Shown here: in pieces, positions 18,487 through 27,720 of the stretch | Numbering within the stretch: the stretch's first letter is position 1 | How the letters are laid out: each line of letters begins with the position of its first letter | DNA from: Desulfomonilia bacterium | GTDB taxonomy: Bacteria; Desulfobacterota; Desulfomonilia; UBA1062 | Assembly (NCBI GenBank): GCA_050014195.1 | Contig: JBEKDT010000006.1 | Span: 32,001-96,000 of the forward strand | Direction: 5' to 3' | Length of the DNA stretch: 64,000 nt | Translations under genes and position numbers: made by a program | The notes under the pieces: model-generated | The model's input: the letters and a program-made list of their open reading frames with translations, nothing else | What the model was told of the DNA's origin: nothing | The model's database searches: none

Positions 18487-19701
18487 ATGATGAAAGATAC
18501 CGATATCAGGACGTTAGCACGCAAAAGTGGTATGCCGTACATCGATATATCCCGTGAGGCGCCCGATCCCAGGTGTATCAGGCTACTGAAACAGGTTTTT
18601 GCCAAGGATTACAATAGCCTGCCCATACGTTTTTTGGGAGATGGTGTCCTGGTTGCCATTGCAGACCCTGATCAGAAAGACCTCATCGGGACCTTAAGCA
18701 CCCATATGGGCAGAAAGGTCTATCCTGCGCTTGCGGAAGTGGAAGCCATCAAGAAGGCTATAGACGCGTACTATCCGAACGGGAAAGACACGGGAGATTC
18801 CCAAGGCAAGGAAGCCGCCCGCACGAGCCGGACCATATCCATCATCTCGAATAAGGGTGGCGTTGGTAAGACCCATGTTGCAATGAACATGGCTAAGGTT
18901 TTAAGCGGCTTCAAAAAGAAGGTGCTGCTCATTGATGCAGACCTCGGCAATGCCGACATATCCAACAAGCTGGCCTTATTCCCCGAATATACCCTCTATG
19001 ATTTTTTGCTCGGCGATGTGGATCTGGAGAGCATGATTGAGAAGACCCCCCTTGGGTTTGATCTTATTGCAGGGAGTTCCGGGGAGTTCAAACTGGCCAA
19101 CATCAACTACATCCAGCGATCCAAGTTCATCAAGAACTTCAGAAGGGTAAGTGAGGGATACGATTTCACCATCTTCGATTTAAGTGCCGGTATCACCACC
19201 ACTGTACTCGATTTTGCACTGGCGTCCGATGAGGTGATCATCATCACGACACCGCAGGATATTATTGCCGGTTATGCTTGCATCAAGGCTTCGTTCCAGC
19301 AATTCAAGGCCATTGAAGAGAAGCTTATGGAGAAGGTGGAATTTTATAAGCCCCGCAAGGTCTACGCCCCATGGGTAGTCATGAACCAGGTGGCTAACCT
19401 CAACCAGGGTATCTTTATCTTCAACAGGATATGCCAGACCGCGGATGAGAGGATCAACAATCTGGAGACACTCTTTTCCGTTAAGCCCGAGTATCTTGGC
19501 GGGGTTCTCTATGACAAGGAAGCTATCCGTGCTGCAGAGGCACAGAGAAAGCCGTTCACGGTTGTCAACCCCAAGAGCAGGACCTCCCAGTGCCTGGAAT
19601 ACCTCGGCAGGGTTGTCATTGATCCGCCCGAATTAAGAACCTACAACCAGGAGCTCAAGAGCGGGTTAGGCCGTTTTGCCATGATATTCGGCATGGGCTG
19701 A
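18487..19701 (+). CDS. T2SSE_N/MshEN-like domain fused to a FlhG/MinD-type ATPase
   Basis: N-terminal 'LARKSGMPYIDI...LPIR....VLVAIADP...IKKAIDAYY' resembles the GspE/PilB N-domain. Deviant Walker A 'NKGGVGKT' and 'LIDADLGNAD'. Confidence 0.85.
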   Translation: MMKDTDIRTLARKSGMPYIDISREAPDPRCIRLLKQVFAKDYNSLPIRFLGDGVLVAIADPDQKDLIGTLSTHMGRKVYPALAEVEAIKKAIDAYYPNGKDTGDSQGKEAARTSRTISIISNKGGVGKTHVAMNMAKVLSGFKKKVLLIDADLGNADISNKLALFPEYTLYDFLLGDVDLESMIEKTPLGFDLIAGSSGEFKLANINYIQRSKFIKNFRRVSEGYDFTIFDLSAGITTTVLDFALASDEVIIITTPQDIIAGYACIKASFQQFKAIEEKLMEKVEFYKPRKVYAPWVVMNQVANLNQGIFIFNRICQTADERINNLETLFSVKPEYLGGVLYDKEAIRAAEAQRKPFTVVNPKSRTSQCLEYLGRVVIDPPELRTYNQELKSGLGRFAMIFGMG

Positions 19702-19711
19702 TGTAACCCCC

Positions 19712-19738
19712 TTAAGGGAATATCATTTTTACCGATAA
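19712..19738 (+). promoter_or_regulatory. Putative sigma28 promoter
   Basis: TTAA-N15-ACCGATAA upstream of the 62-aa ORF. Confidence 0.55.
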
Positions 19739-19773
19739 GTAACTGTAGGAAGGATGAAGAAGGGAATCTTCAT

Positions 19774-19962
19774 ATGAGAATGGAAGAGTACAAGGAAAGA
19801 CTCGTGGATAAGTGGGAAGAAGTGAGACCCGTAGTGATCTATTTTGCGGGTGAAAGATTCGTTGTGGAGTATGATGAGCATCACAATCCGCTCCTTTCCC
19901 CGACTGTTGCCATGGTTCACTCCTATCTGGGCAACATGGACCTTACCAAGACGGATAATTAA
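19774..19962 (+). CDS. Small hypothetical protein (62 aa)
   Basis: AAGGGA RBS-like element, own promoter, plausible codon use. Confidence 0.6.
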   Translation: MRMEEYKERLVDKWEEVRPVVIYFAGERFVVEYDEHHNPLLSPTVAMVHSYLGNMDLTKTDN

Positions 19963-20078
19963 TCCTTAAGAAATCAGCCTGGTATAATGCCGGGCCTTCT
20001 TATATTACCCGGTTTTTATAAATTTTTGTAATACCGTCCTTGCTATATTGACCGCTCTCAATTATTTTAATTTTCTAT

Positions 20079-20756
20079 ATGAGAGATCTTTCCCCCGGAG
20101 AAAACAAGACGGTCCTCGTCATCGACGACGATGAGGGCGACTGTTACCTTGTTGAAGATATCTTAAGCGAAGACGGCATAAAGGTTGATATAGCCACAGG
20201 GGGCGAGATGGGCATCAGGTCCCTTTCCGAGAGGGAGTACCCCATCGTGATAACCGATTTACGGATGCCCGATATCGATGGAATGGCAATCATTGATTTC
20301 ATTCGCAAGCGCCGTATGAACACACTCATTGTAGTCATTACAGGTTATGCCACCATTGACAGTGTTATCGAAGCGCTCCGTTCCGGTGCATACGATTACA
20401 TCATAAAGCCATTCAGCGCAGAACTGCTCAGGTTTACTCTCAAGCGTGCATTTGACTACATCACCATACGGGATGAACAGGACAGGCTCAAATATTTCGA
20501 GATGGTTACCCAGCTTGCAACTACAACCGCCCATGAGGTCTTCCAGCCGTTAACGGTGCTCATGGGCGAGGCAAGTGCCATATCCAAAGGCACCGAAGGC
20601 TCAAAGGCCAAAGAAATCGCAAACCAGATCCTGACCGAGGCCAGGAAGATCCGAGATATCATCAGGAAGATGGAGAACCTCCATGATTATGTGATTAAAT
20701 CATTCCCCGGGGGGCATACCATCCTGGATATTGAAAAGGGGGGCGGCGGCAAATGA
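20079..20756 (+). CDS. Response regulator with C-terminal HisKA/DHp-like helix pair and no kinase ATPase domain
   Basis: REC 'VIDDD...TDLRMP...ITGY...IIKPF'; H-box-like 'TAHEVFQPLTVL'. Confidence 0.85.
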   Translation: MRDLSPGENKTVLVIDDDEGDCYLVEDILSEDGIKVDIATGGEMGIRSLSEREYPIVITDLRMPDIDGMAIIDFIRKRRMNTLIVVITGYATIDSVIEALRSGAYDYIIKPFSAELLRFTLKRAFDYITIRDEQDRLKYFEMVTQLATTTAHEVFQPLTVLMGEASAISKGTEGSKAKEIANQILTEARKIRDIIRKMENLHDYVIKSFPGGHTILDIEKGGGGK

Positions 20757-20850
20757 GGACAACATTTTAAGCTTATGCAGCTCTTAGGGCTTTGCGAATC
20801 TCTTTGCACCTCCTGATAAAATTCGCTATGGTCTTTATATTGCGTTTATA

Positions 20851-21984
20851 ATGCATATGATGAAGGTGATCCTTCCCATTTTTTTTGCTGCATGCACCGT
20901 ACCTCTGGTATGCAGCGGTTCCACGAGGTCCGTGCCTTCCCGGCCTGAAGTGGAAACCCTGCACGTCAGCTTTAATGATGAAACCATTAAGGGCTTCTTT
21001 GTGTTCATTGATGCCCGGTCTCAAGAAGAAAAGGCAGCTGATAAAGAGCGGGGCCATCCCGCAGGGCCGGTCATCGTATTCTTCCAGGGTCATGCCCAGC
21101 GGCCGGATGATGCCTATGAATTCACCAGCAGACTTGCCCTCATGAGCAGATCCGGCATGGTGATCATACCCGTCTGCGACACCCCTTATGGCGCCGACCC
21201 TTCATTTCACGGCGATAGAGGCAAGGATGTCATCCTCATGGAAATGGTAAGCTTCGTACTCGCACGTGAAGGCATCACCGTGAGAGGGTTTGCACCGCGT
21301 AACGACATCCAGGTGGTCATCTGCGGCATGACAAAAACCCCTGGGCAGGAAATCTTGGACACAGAGCTTATATCGATCGGGTGGTCTCACGGCGGCATCC
21401 TGGCCCGCCGCTTCTCCCATGCCTATCAGACATCTGTGTGCTCAATGGGACAGGTCTGTCCCGCGGGCTACGAGCACTGGGGACCCTGGGGTATCACAGG
21501 AAGGTTTGCTGGCGAGAGTCTGAGGATTGCGACAAAGATGGGCAACGGCCATGCAGGGCAAACCCTCCGGTCGGCCTGGGGATTTACCAAGGGCTTTGCC
21601 GGAGACTTCTTCAGGTCCATCCCTGCTGCCATGGTTGATCTTGATCCCAAAAAGCTCTTGCGCATTTTTAAGGATATCCGCGACTGCAGCCGATATTGCG
21701 ACAGCAGCTCATTTACGGCACGTAATCTTGAGCATGTCGCAGTGATTTTCGGTCACGATGATTCCTGTATGGACCCCCGGCGACAGCTCGGCATTAAAGA
21801 TCCGGACAATATTACCCCGGAGGATATCCTGCGATTTAAATCAACTTTCTATTCCGATATGGAGGGTTCTCCTGGTTGCCTCACTTTACGGGTGCTTCCC
21901 GGTACGCACCTTGCTCCGGTCATCTACAGTGACCTTTATGTCAAAACTATCCTGGCCGATCTCGACGAAATGGCGGGGAACTGA
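20851..21984 (+). CDS. Secreted alpha/beta-hydrolase-fold protein
   Basis: Signal-like N-terminus, 'FFQGH', nucleophile elbow 'GWSHGG', C-terminal 'GTH'. Confidence 0.72.
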   Translation: MHMMKVILPIFFAACTVPLVCSGSTRSVPSRPEVETLHVSFNDETIKGFFVFIDARSQEEKAADKERGHPAGPVIVFFQGHAQRPDDAYEFTSRLALMSRSGMVIIPVCDTPYGADPSFHGDRGKDVILMEMVSFVLAREGITVRGFAPRNDIQVVICGMTKTPGQEILDTELISIGWSHGGILARRFSHAYQTSVCSMGQVCPAGYEHWGPWGITGRFAGESLRIATKMGNGHAGQTLRSAWGFTKGFAGDFFRSIPAAMVDLDPKKLLRIFKDIRDCSRYCDSSSFTARNLEHVAVIFGHDDSCMDPRRQLGIKDPDNITPEDILRFKSTFYSDMEGSPGCLTLRVLPGTHLAPVIYSDLYVKTILADLDEMAGN

Positions 21985-22004
21985 AGAGGCTCAAGAACCT
22001 TCCC

Positions 22005-22508
22005 GTGGTACAACCCCAAAAAATCCTCGTACCTATCGTATCCATTACTCTTATTCTTATGCTTGGCATCTACCACGCCCTTGGAGTCGGCAAAGTCCAT
22101 CTTGTGGTGCATGTCTTTGACGGTGATACGATCTTGTTGGATGATAGCAGGAAGATCCGGCTCATTGGTGTGGATGCCCCGGAGGTCCAGTCTCCCTATC
22201 ATGATCTGGAACCTTTTGGAGAGGATAGCAAGACATACCTCACTTCGCTGTTGGGCAACAAGAAGGTGAGTCTCACCATAGGCGACCCGGCGAAGGACAA
22301 GTATGGCAGAACCCTTGCCTATGTGTACTCCGGAGATGTTCTGGTGAACGGCCGCATCATCAGGGAAGGATGGGCGAGGGCCTACCGGAGATTTTACCAC
22401 CCCTGGAGGGATCTGTTCATTGCCTATGAACGGGAGGCAAGGTCCAGAGGGCTGGGGATGTGGAGGGATGAGAGGAAGAGTGATCAGGACAAAGTGAATA
22501 GTGACTAG
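22005..22508 (+). CDS. Thermonuclease (SNase) family protein
   Basis: TM/signal, 'DGDTI', 'IRLIGVDAPE', 'DKYGRTLAYV', 'AR....GMW'. Confidence 0.93.
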   Translation: MVQPQKILVPIVSITLILMLGIYHALGVGKVHLVVHVFDGDTILLDDSRKIRLIGVDAPEVQSPYHDLEPFGEDSKTYLTSLLGNKKVSLTIGDPAKDKYGRTLAYVYSGDVLVNGRIIREGWARAYRRFYHPWRDLFIAYEREARSRGLGMWRDERKSDQDKVNSD

Positions 22509-22547
22509 TGACTTGTACCAAGTTGCATGAAAGGCTATTATTGCAGG

Positions 22548-22583
22548 GTCATTGCGAGGAGCCGAAGGCGACGTGGCAATCTC
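22548..22583. repeat. GTCATTGCGAG...GCAATCT-type palindromic repeat
   Basis: GTCATTGCGAGGAGCCGAAGGCGACGTGGCAATCTC. The complementary-type half AGATT...GGAATGAC is at 54086-54112. Confidence 0.6.
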
Positions 22584-22647
22584 ATTCAAAAAAGAAGTCA
22601 GATAAATAAAGGTTGAAGCGGTGTTTCGCTGACCCGTCTCCCTATCC

Positions 22648-22923
22648 TCATGCGTACCGATTCCTAAGCCTTGCTGCCACCCAGAGCAGGATCAGGCCCA
22701 ATGCAATGAGCACGGCAGACAACGGACATTGTTGCAAGGCATTCATGAGTGCAGGGTATGCGGCCACAGTCTCACCAATAGATCCTGGTCCTCGGTCCAT
22801 TATGGTAAAGAGCGGATAGGAGTTCCACACATCATTCTTGAGGAACATGATACCTTGGTAGAGAATTATGGCGAATCCACCCACAACAGAGGCTATGCCT
22901 CCGAAAAAAAACAGCTTCTCCAC
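22648..22923 (-). CDS. Small two-TM membrane protein
   Basis: GTG start after AAAGGAGG; two hydrophobic segments. Confidence 0.7.
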   Translation of the reverse strand: MEKLFFFGGIASVVGGFAIILYQGIMFLKNDVWNSYPLFTIMDRGPGSIGETVAAYPALMNALQQCPLSAVLIALGLILLWVAARLRNRYA

Positions 22924-23094
22924 ACCCCCTCCTTTTATCATTATCAGTCTGTACGTATGGTACTCAGAAATTATCTAGATTATATCGACAAGGGCATCAT
23001 GAAACAAGAATTACTTATTATGAAATCCTTGCAATATTTCTCCTCTTCAACTATTTTGCCCTGCAATATGCCAATGCATATGAAGGAGATCTGA

Positions 23095-25008
23095 ATGCTT
23101 ACTTATTTTCGCAAACATTCAAAGGGCTGGCTTGCCTACACTGCCTTCGGAGCCATCATTGTTGTGTTCGTTCTTTGGGGAGGCAGCTCCTATCTGACCC
23201 GCGAGGCGCATATGATTGCCAAGATTGACCGGCATATCATATCAATTGAGCAGTTTTCAAAGGCATATTCCGATCAATTGAAAATATACCAGGAGCGTTT
23301 CGGCGATGCCCTCACTCCGGAGATGCTCAAGAAACTCAACCTCAAGCATACCGTGCTGGACCAGATCATCGATGACGATATCATCGAGGCCGATGCCAAG
23401 GATATGGACATCAAGGTTACCGATTCTGATCTTCAGCAGGCCATCAGCCAATTCCCTGCATTTAACAAGGAAGGAAGGTTCGATGAGAATCTCTATAGGA
23501 GGTATCTTGATTACGAACGTCTTTCCCCTGCTGATTTCGAGGAGAAGATGAGAAAGAATTTTTTGAAGCAGCTCTTCATAAGTATGCTCAGCGAAAACGT
23601 CATCGTGTCCAGGCAAGAAGTTTTTGCCTCATACCATTATATGAATGACACATATGATTTGTCCTACATTCCCGTCGACTCTGCATCCTTTGCCAAGGAT
23701 GTTCAGATAAGCCAAGATCAGATCCGGTCGTACTATGATACCAACAAGGACCGCTACAAACTCCCACCCAGAATCACCCTGGAGGCCATCGAGTACCCGT
23801 CTGCAAATTATCTGGCAACCATTCAGGTGACTAAAAATGAAGCACAGGATTATTATGCAAGCCACAAGTCCGACTTCAGCGAACCTGCCAAGATTCATGC
23901 ACGTCATATCCTCTTTAAGATTCCCGAAGGTGCTGATGCCAATGTGCTTGCCCAAAAAGAACAGCTGATAAAGAAGGTCTTGGAAGAGGCGAAGGCAGGC
24001 AAAGATTTTGCTGCGCTGGCCGCACAGTATTCCGAGGATGATCAAACCTCCAAGAAAGGTGGAGACATGGGAACGCTGCCGCGTGAAGGGTATCCTCAGG
24101 GTGTTGGTGATGTGCTCGAATCGATGAAGCCTGGTGAGGTGAAAGGGCCGTTTAGGTCGCCCTTGGGTATTCATATCCTGAAGCTTGAGAGTAAGGAAGA
24201 GGCAAAGGCCATCCCCCTCGAAAAGGTTGAGGCCACGGTGAGGGATACTTTACGGCTTGAGCGGGCGAAGCAGGCCGCCCATGACGAGGCTGAAAAGGCA
24301 TTCATGCAGCTTTATGAGCAGTCCAAGCCCGACATCGAGGCATATGCCAAGGCAAAAGGACTTTCAGTCAAGCAGATCGGTCCGTTCTATGAGGGTCAGG
24401 ATGCCGGGATCTCTATGAGCCCTGATACTCTGAAGAAGGCATTTACCTTCCAGGTCGGAGAACTTGGGGAGGTTGCAAGCACACCTGTCGGATACCTTTT
24501 CTACATAGTCACCAAGAAGGAAGCCTCACGCATACCTGACCTGAAGGAAGTTTCGGCCAGGGTCGCAGCCGACCTAAAGGCACAGACTGCCGTCGCAAAG
24601 GCAAAGGAGTATGCTAAGAAGCTTGCAGCTTCCTCGCCCGAGCAGTTGAACGCCCAGAATCCTTTGAGCACTGGTGATTTCACTCACGCAACATCTGCCA
24701 TACCGAAACTCTCCATGATACCCAAGCTTATGGATGACGTGGATTCGTTAAGAACTCCCAAGGTCTTTGAGAGCAAGGGCACTTCGTATGTAGTATGGAT
24801 AAAGTCAAGGAAGACGGCTGACATCAAGGCCCTGGATAAGAAGCAGTATGATGCGATCATAAAGCAGCTCCTTGCCAGGAAACGCGAAATGGCCCTAGAA
24901 TCCTATATCGAGCAGGCCAAGAAGCGTCACAAGATCGTTATGAATGAAGAGAAGTTGAACGAAGGCGGCGCGGCCGGTAAGGGTACGCCTTCTCCCTTGG
25001 ATTATTGA
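23095..25008 (+). CDS. ppiD: Periplasmic chaperone/PPIase PpiD (SurA_N + parvulin)
   Basis: N-terminal TM 'IIVVFVLWG', parvulin 'ARHILFK...FAALAAQYSED..SKKGGDMG', 'GPFRSPLGIHIL'. Confidence 0.9.
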   Translation: MLTYFRKHSKGWLAYTAFGAIIVVFVLWGGSSYLTREAHMIAKIDRHIISIEQFSKAYSDQLKIYQERFGDALTPEMLKKLNLKHTVLDQIIDDDIIEADAKDMDIKVTDSDLQQAISQFPAFNKEGRFDENLYRRYLDYERLSPADFEEKMRKNFLKQLFISMLSENVIVSRQEVFASYHYMNDTYDLSYIPVDSASFAKDVQISQDQIRSYYDTNKDRYKLPPRITLEAIEYPSANYLATIQVTKNEAQDYYASHKSDFSEPAKIHARHILFKIPEGADANVLAQKEQLIKKVLEEAKAGKDFAALAAQYSEDDQTSKKGGDMGTLPREGYPQGVGDVLESMKPGEVKGPFRSPLGIHILKLESKEEAKAIPLEKVEATVRDTLRLERAKQAAHDEAEKAFMQLYEQSKPDIEAYAKAKGLSVKQIGPFYEGQDAGISMSPDTLKKAFTFQVGELGEVASTPVGYLFYIVTKKEASRIPDLKEVSARVAADLKAQTAVAKAKEYAKKLAASSPEQLNAQNPLSTGDFTHATSAIPKLSMIPKLMDDVDSLRTPKVFESKGTSYVVWIKSRKTADIKALDKKQYDAIIKQLLARKREMALESYIEQAKKRHKIVMNEEKLNEGGAAGKGTPSPLDY

Positions 25009-25138
25009 TTTAAGTGCGCTCAATAGATCTCGGATTTTTAAGTGAGCGTATCTTCGCTTAAGATTTCTCTGTACGTGCCTCTCTATGCAAGCACGTTGAA
25101 TTTGTTGATGCATAGACTAGATCTGAGGAGAATACTTA

Positions 25139-25399
25139 TTACTGTGTGCTGTATTGCCGGTAGAGGATCTCCCGGATGGCATTTTCCTCGCGGGGTGTAA
25201 CCTTGAGCCCGCGTGCCTTCATGCCATACAGAAGACGGTCCCATTCCTCTATGGGGCGCTTGTTCTGATAGACAAACGCTGATGGATGACACGTGGAACA
25301 CTTCCGTTCGATGATCTCGGGTTTGCCGCCGGTGCATCCCAAGAGAATAACAGAAACAATTATAAAGAGCCCGAGACGGACAAACAAAAGAAATCTCAT
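25139..25399 (-). CDS. Small monoheme c-type cytochrome lipoprotein
   Basis: Lipobox 'LLGC' and CXXCH 'CSTCH'; distal Met candidate in 'YGMK'. Confidence 0.75.
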   Translation of the reverse strand: MRFLLFVRLGLFIIVSVILLGCTGGKPEIIERKCSTCHPSAFVYQNKRPIEEWDRLLYGMKARGLKVTPREENAIREILYRQYSTQ

Positions 25400-25487
25400 G
25401 AACCCCCCTTGGATACAATGATGCTCTCCTTTACAAGACTGGACTGATTATGTTGGGCAGGCCCAGTTTGAATGATTCAGCGATCTG

Positions 25488-25511
25488 ATCCGCTGCTGTC
25501 AGGCAGCGGAT
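25488..25511 (-). terminator. Stem-loop after the GYD gene
   Basis: ATCCGCTGC-N6-GCAGCGGAT directly after the stop. Confidence 0.5.
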
Positions 25512-25513
25512 GA

Positions 25514-25798
25514 TCAGAGCTCTGCCATCAGATTGTCGAATACCTCAACAGATACTGCAGGTGCGGTTGTGAATGCTATGCCTGTGAGTTTGTGCAGGCC
25601 CACAGAGGCCTTCATGGCCTCCTCCATACCGGGCAGTTCCAGAATGAAGATAAGGTCTTTTTCACCCAGCATGGCGTACATGCCCACAACCTTACCCTTC
25701 TGTTTCTTGACCAGAGCCGATGCCTTCTTTGTTCTAGCTGTACTCACCCCTTTAAGGGCTTCTGCCGAATACTTGCCGAACAGAATAAATGTCGCCAT
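25514..25798 (-). CDS. GYD domain-containing protein
   Basis: 'MATFILFGKYS', 'YAMLGEKDLIFILELP'; AGGAGG RBS. Confidence 0.85.
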   Translation of the reverse strand: MATFILFGKYSAEALKGVSTARTKKASALVKKQKGKVVGMYAMLGEKDLIFILELPGMEEAMKASVGLHKLTGIAFTTAPAVSVEVFDNLMAEL

Positions 25799-25965
25799 CT
25801 TAACCTCCTATTACGTTGTTATCACGCATCCCTAAGCTCCTGAAGGAGGACATGATACATACACATGTTGATCAGGATTTGTGCATATCCGCCTTATGAT
25901 ACAGAAGACAGGTGATACATGCATATATACTAATCGTGGCGAAGATAATGGCAATACATCAACCA

Positions 25966-25993
25966 TCAGCTTTTAGATAAAAAATTCCGATAA
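25966..25993 (+). promoter_or_regulatory. Putative sigma28 promoter (possibly leaderless transcript)
   Basis: TCAG-N16-TCCGATAA ending 7 nt before ATG 26001; no Shine-Dalgarno. Confidence 0.4.
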
Positions 25994-26000
25994 ATACCCC

Positions 26001-26717
26001 ATGCAGACGTTTTCTATCCAATACTGTTTTGCCCCGGAGAAGGGTTGCCAGGAGATCTTTGATCTTAAAATTGATGCTCAAGACCTCAGTCTGCTTGCTG
26101 ACATACCTAAAACCCTCCCCGTATGGACAGAACTCAACTTTCATCAATGTCCGCATTGCCCTCTGAGAAATCCTCCACATCTCAGCTGCCCTCTTGCCGC
26201 ACATCTTGTCGATGTGGTGAGTCGTTTTGAAGACCTCGTATCTTATGACAATATCGAGTTAACCGTGATTACTCAGGAGAGGACCATATCCCAGTTCACG
26301 ACTGCCCAGAGAGCCATAAGCTCTCTGCTGGGCCTTATCAGCGCTACATCCGGATGTCCGCATACCGTCTTTTTCAGGCCCATGGCAAGGTATCATCTGC
26401 CCCTTGCAAGTGAAGATGAGACCATATACCGGGCCACATCAATGTATCTCCTTGCACAATATTTCAAGAAAAAAGAGGGCTTGGATCCGGATATCGAGTT
26501 TAACGGACTCAAAGAGTTCTATAAGAAGATCGAGATTGTGAATCAGACCATGGCAAAACGTTTGAAGGCTGCATCGGATACCGATTCGACGGTGAATGCA
26601 ATAATAATCTTAGATATGTATGCTAAGGTAGTGCCCTTCGGCATCAAGGACTCGCTTGAAGGAATACGCCATTTGTTTAACCCCTATTTTTCAAAAGAAC
26701 TGGTAACCGATGGGTGA
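26001..26717 (+). CDS. Conserved Cys-rich hypothetical protein (DUF6901-like)
   Basis: 'WTEL.FHQCPHCPL...CP', 'SGCP...FFRPMARYHLPLA'. Confidence 0.75.
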   Translation: MQTFSIQYCFAPEKGCQEIFDLKIDAQDLSLLADIPKTLPVWTELNFHQCPHCPLRNPPHLSCPLAAHLVDVVSRFEDLVSYDNIELTVITQERTISQFTTAQRAISSLLGLISATSGCPHTVFFRPMARYHLPLASEDETIYRATSMYLLAQYFKKKEGLDPDIEFNGLKEFYKKIEIVNQTMAKRLKAASDTDSTVNAIIILDMYAKVVPFGIKDSLEGIRHLFNPYFSKELVTDG

Positions 26718-26782
26718 ACCTTTAAGGATTTTCTTAAAAGGGCTGTTATCCCGACAGGATGACATACCCAATGCGAGGGGAT

Positions 26783-27652
26783 TTATCTCGTATAATCCAG
26801 GACCCGTCTTGCTTCAACGATTCTAGGCAGGTAACGGTCACTATCGAGATCTTCTATCTTGATCTCACGTGAGTGTCTCGATGCTGCATGGATAAATTGG
26901 CCGTTTCCGACATAGAGCCCCACATGGTCGATCCAAGAGTGTTTCCTGTGATGCATATTAAAGAAGAGAAGGTCACCCGGCTTCAGAGCGGACAGGGGGA
27001 CGGCCTTTCCCTCAAGGGCCTGATCCCGTGATGAACGGCCCAATGGGATGCCGTTTTCGCTGAATACATGGCGGACGAATCCCGAACAATCAAACCCATC
27101 CGGAGTTGTTCCTCCATAACGGTATGGGGCACCCAGATAACTGTAGGCCGATTCCAGGATTTTCGAGGTCAGCTCGTCGAGTTCTCCATCATTTGAGCCC
27201 TGCCTGAATCTTTCAGAGGCATCTTTGGCGAGCCATAGATCGGTGGGTTCTTTGGGTGCGATGTCATCGCTCGAATTAGCCTCGATGTTACTATCTTCTT
27301 CCGATATCATTGCATGCCGGTGTTTTACGGTCTTTCCCTTATGTTTGGCGAGCCTGATCTTTTTGTAGTGCTTCTTGCCGAGGCCAGCTGATTCATTGGT
27401 GTATTTCTTGTTTGCAGTCTTCTTGACAATATGTGTTTTGTGGGTTGTCTTGGCCTTTTTAGATAAATGCTTGGTATGCTTCTTCTGTACGGATTGCTCC
27501 TGGGCCGCGTCTTTGCTTACGGCTGCAGCATTTATATCCATTCCCCGCGTAACCGGGACCTGGGCTGCCTGCCCATAATCCGCCCAGATGAGCCCCATAA
27601 CCATCATAAATATAACTGGAGCGAGCAAGAATCTACCCTGCATAATAACCAC
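26783..27652 (-). CDS. NlpC/P60 (C40) peptidoglycan endopeptidase with Lys/His-rich linker
   Basis: Signal peptide; 'PYRYGG...GFDCSGF', 'PGDLLFF', 'HVGLYVGNGQFIHA'. Confidence 0.93.
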   Translation of the reverse strand: MVIMQGRFLLAPVIFMMVMGLIWADYGQAAQVPVTRGMDINAAAVSKDAAQEQSVQKKHTKHLSKKAKTTHKTHIVKKTANKKYTNESAGLGKKHYKKIRLAKHKGKTVKHRHAMISEEDSNIEANSSDDIAPKEPTDLWLAKDASERFRQGSNDGELDELTSKILESAYSYLGAPYRYGGTTPDGFDCSGFVRHVFSENGIPLGRSSRDQALEGKAVPLSALKPGDLLFFNMHHRKHSWIDHVGLYVGNGQFIHAASRHSREIKIEDLDSDRYLPRIVEARRVLDYTR

Positions 27653-27720
27653 CTCGTTCTCAGTTAATTAAGTTCATTATCTCGGCCCTGAAAAGTAGGC
27701 CACTGAAGTATGTATAGTAA

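Noticed and set aside
22496-22516. Heptamer tandem GTGAATA-GTGACTA-GTGACTT
   Set aside because: Only three degenerate units; too short to call.
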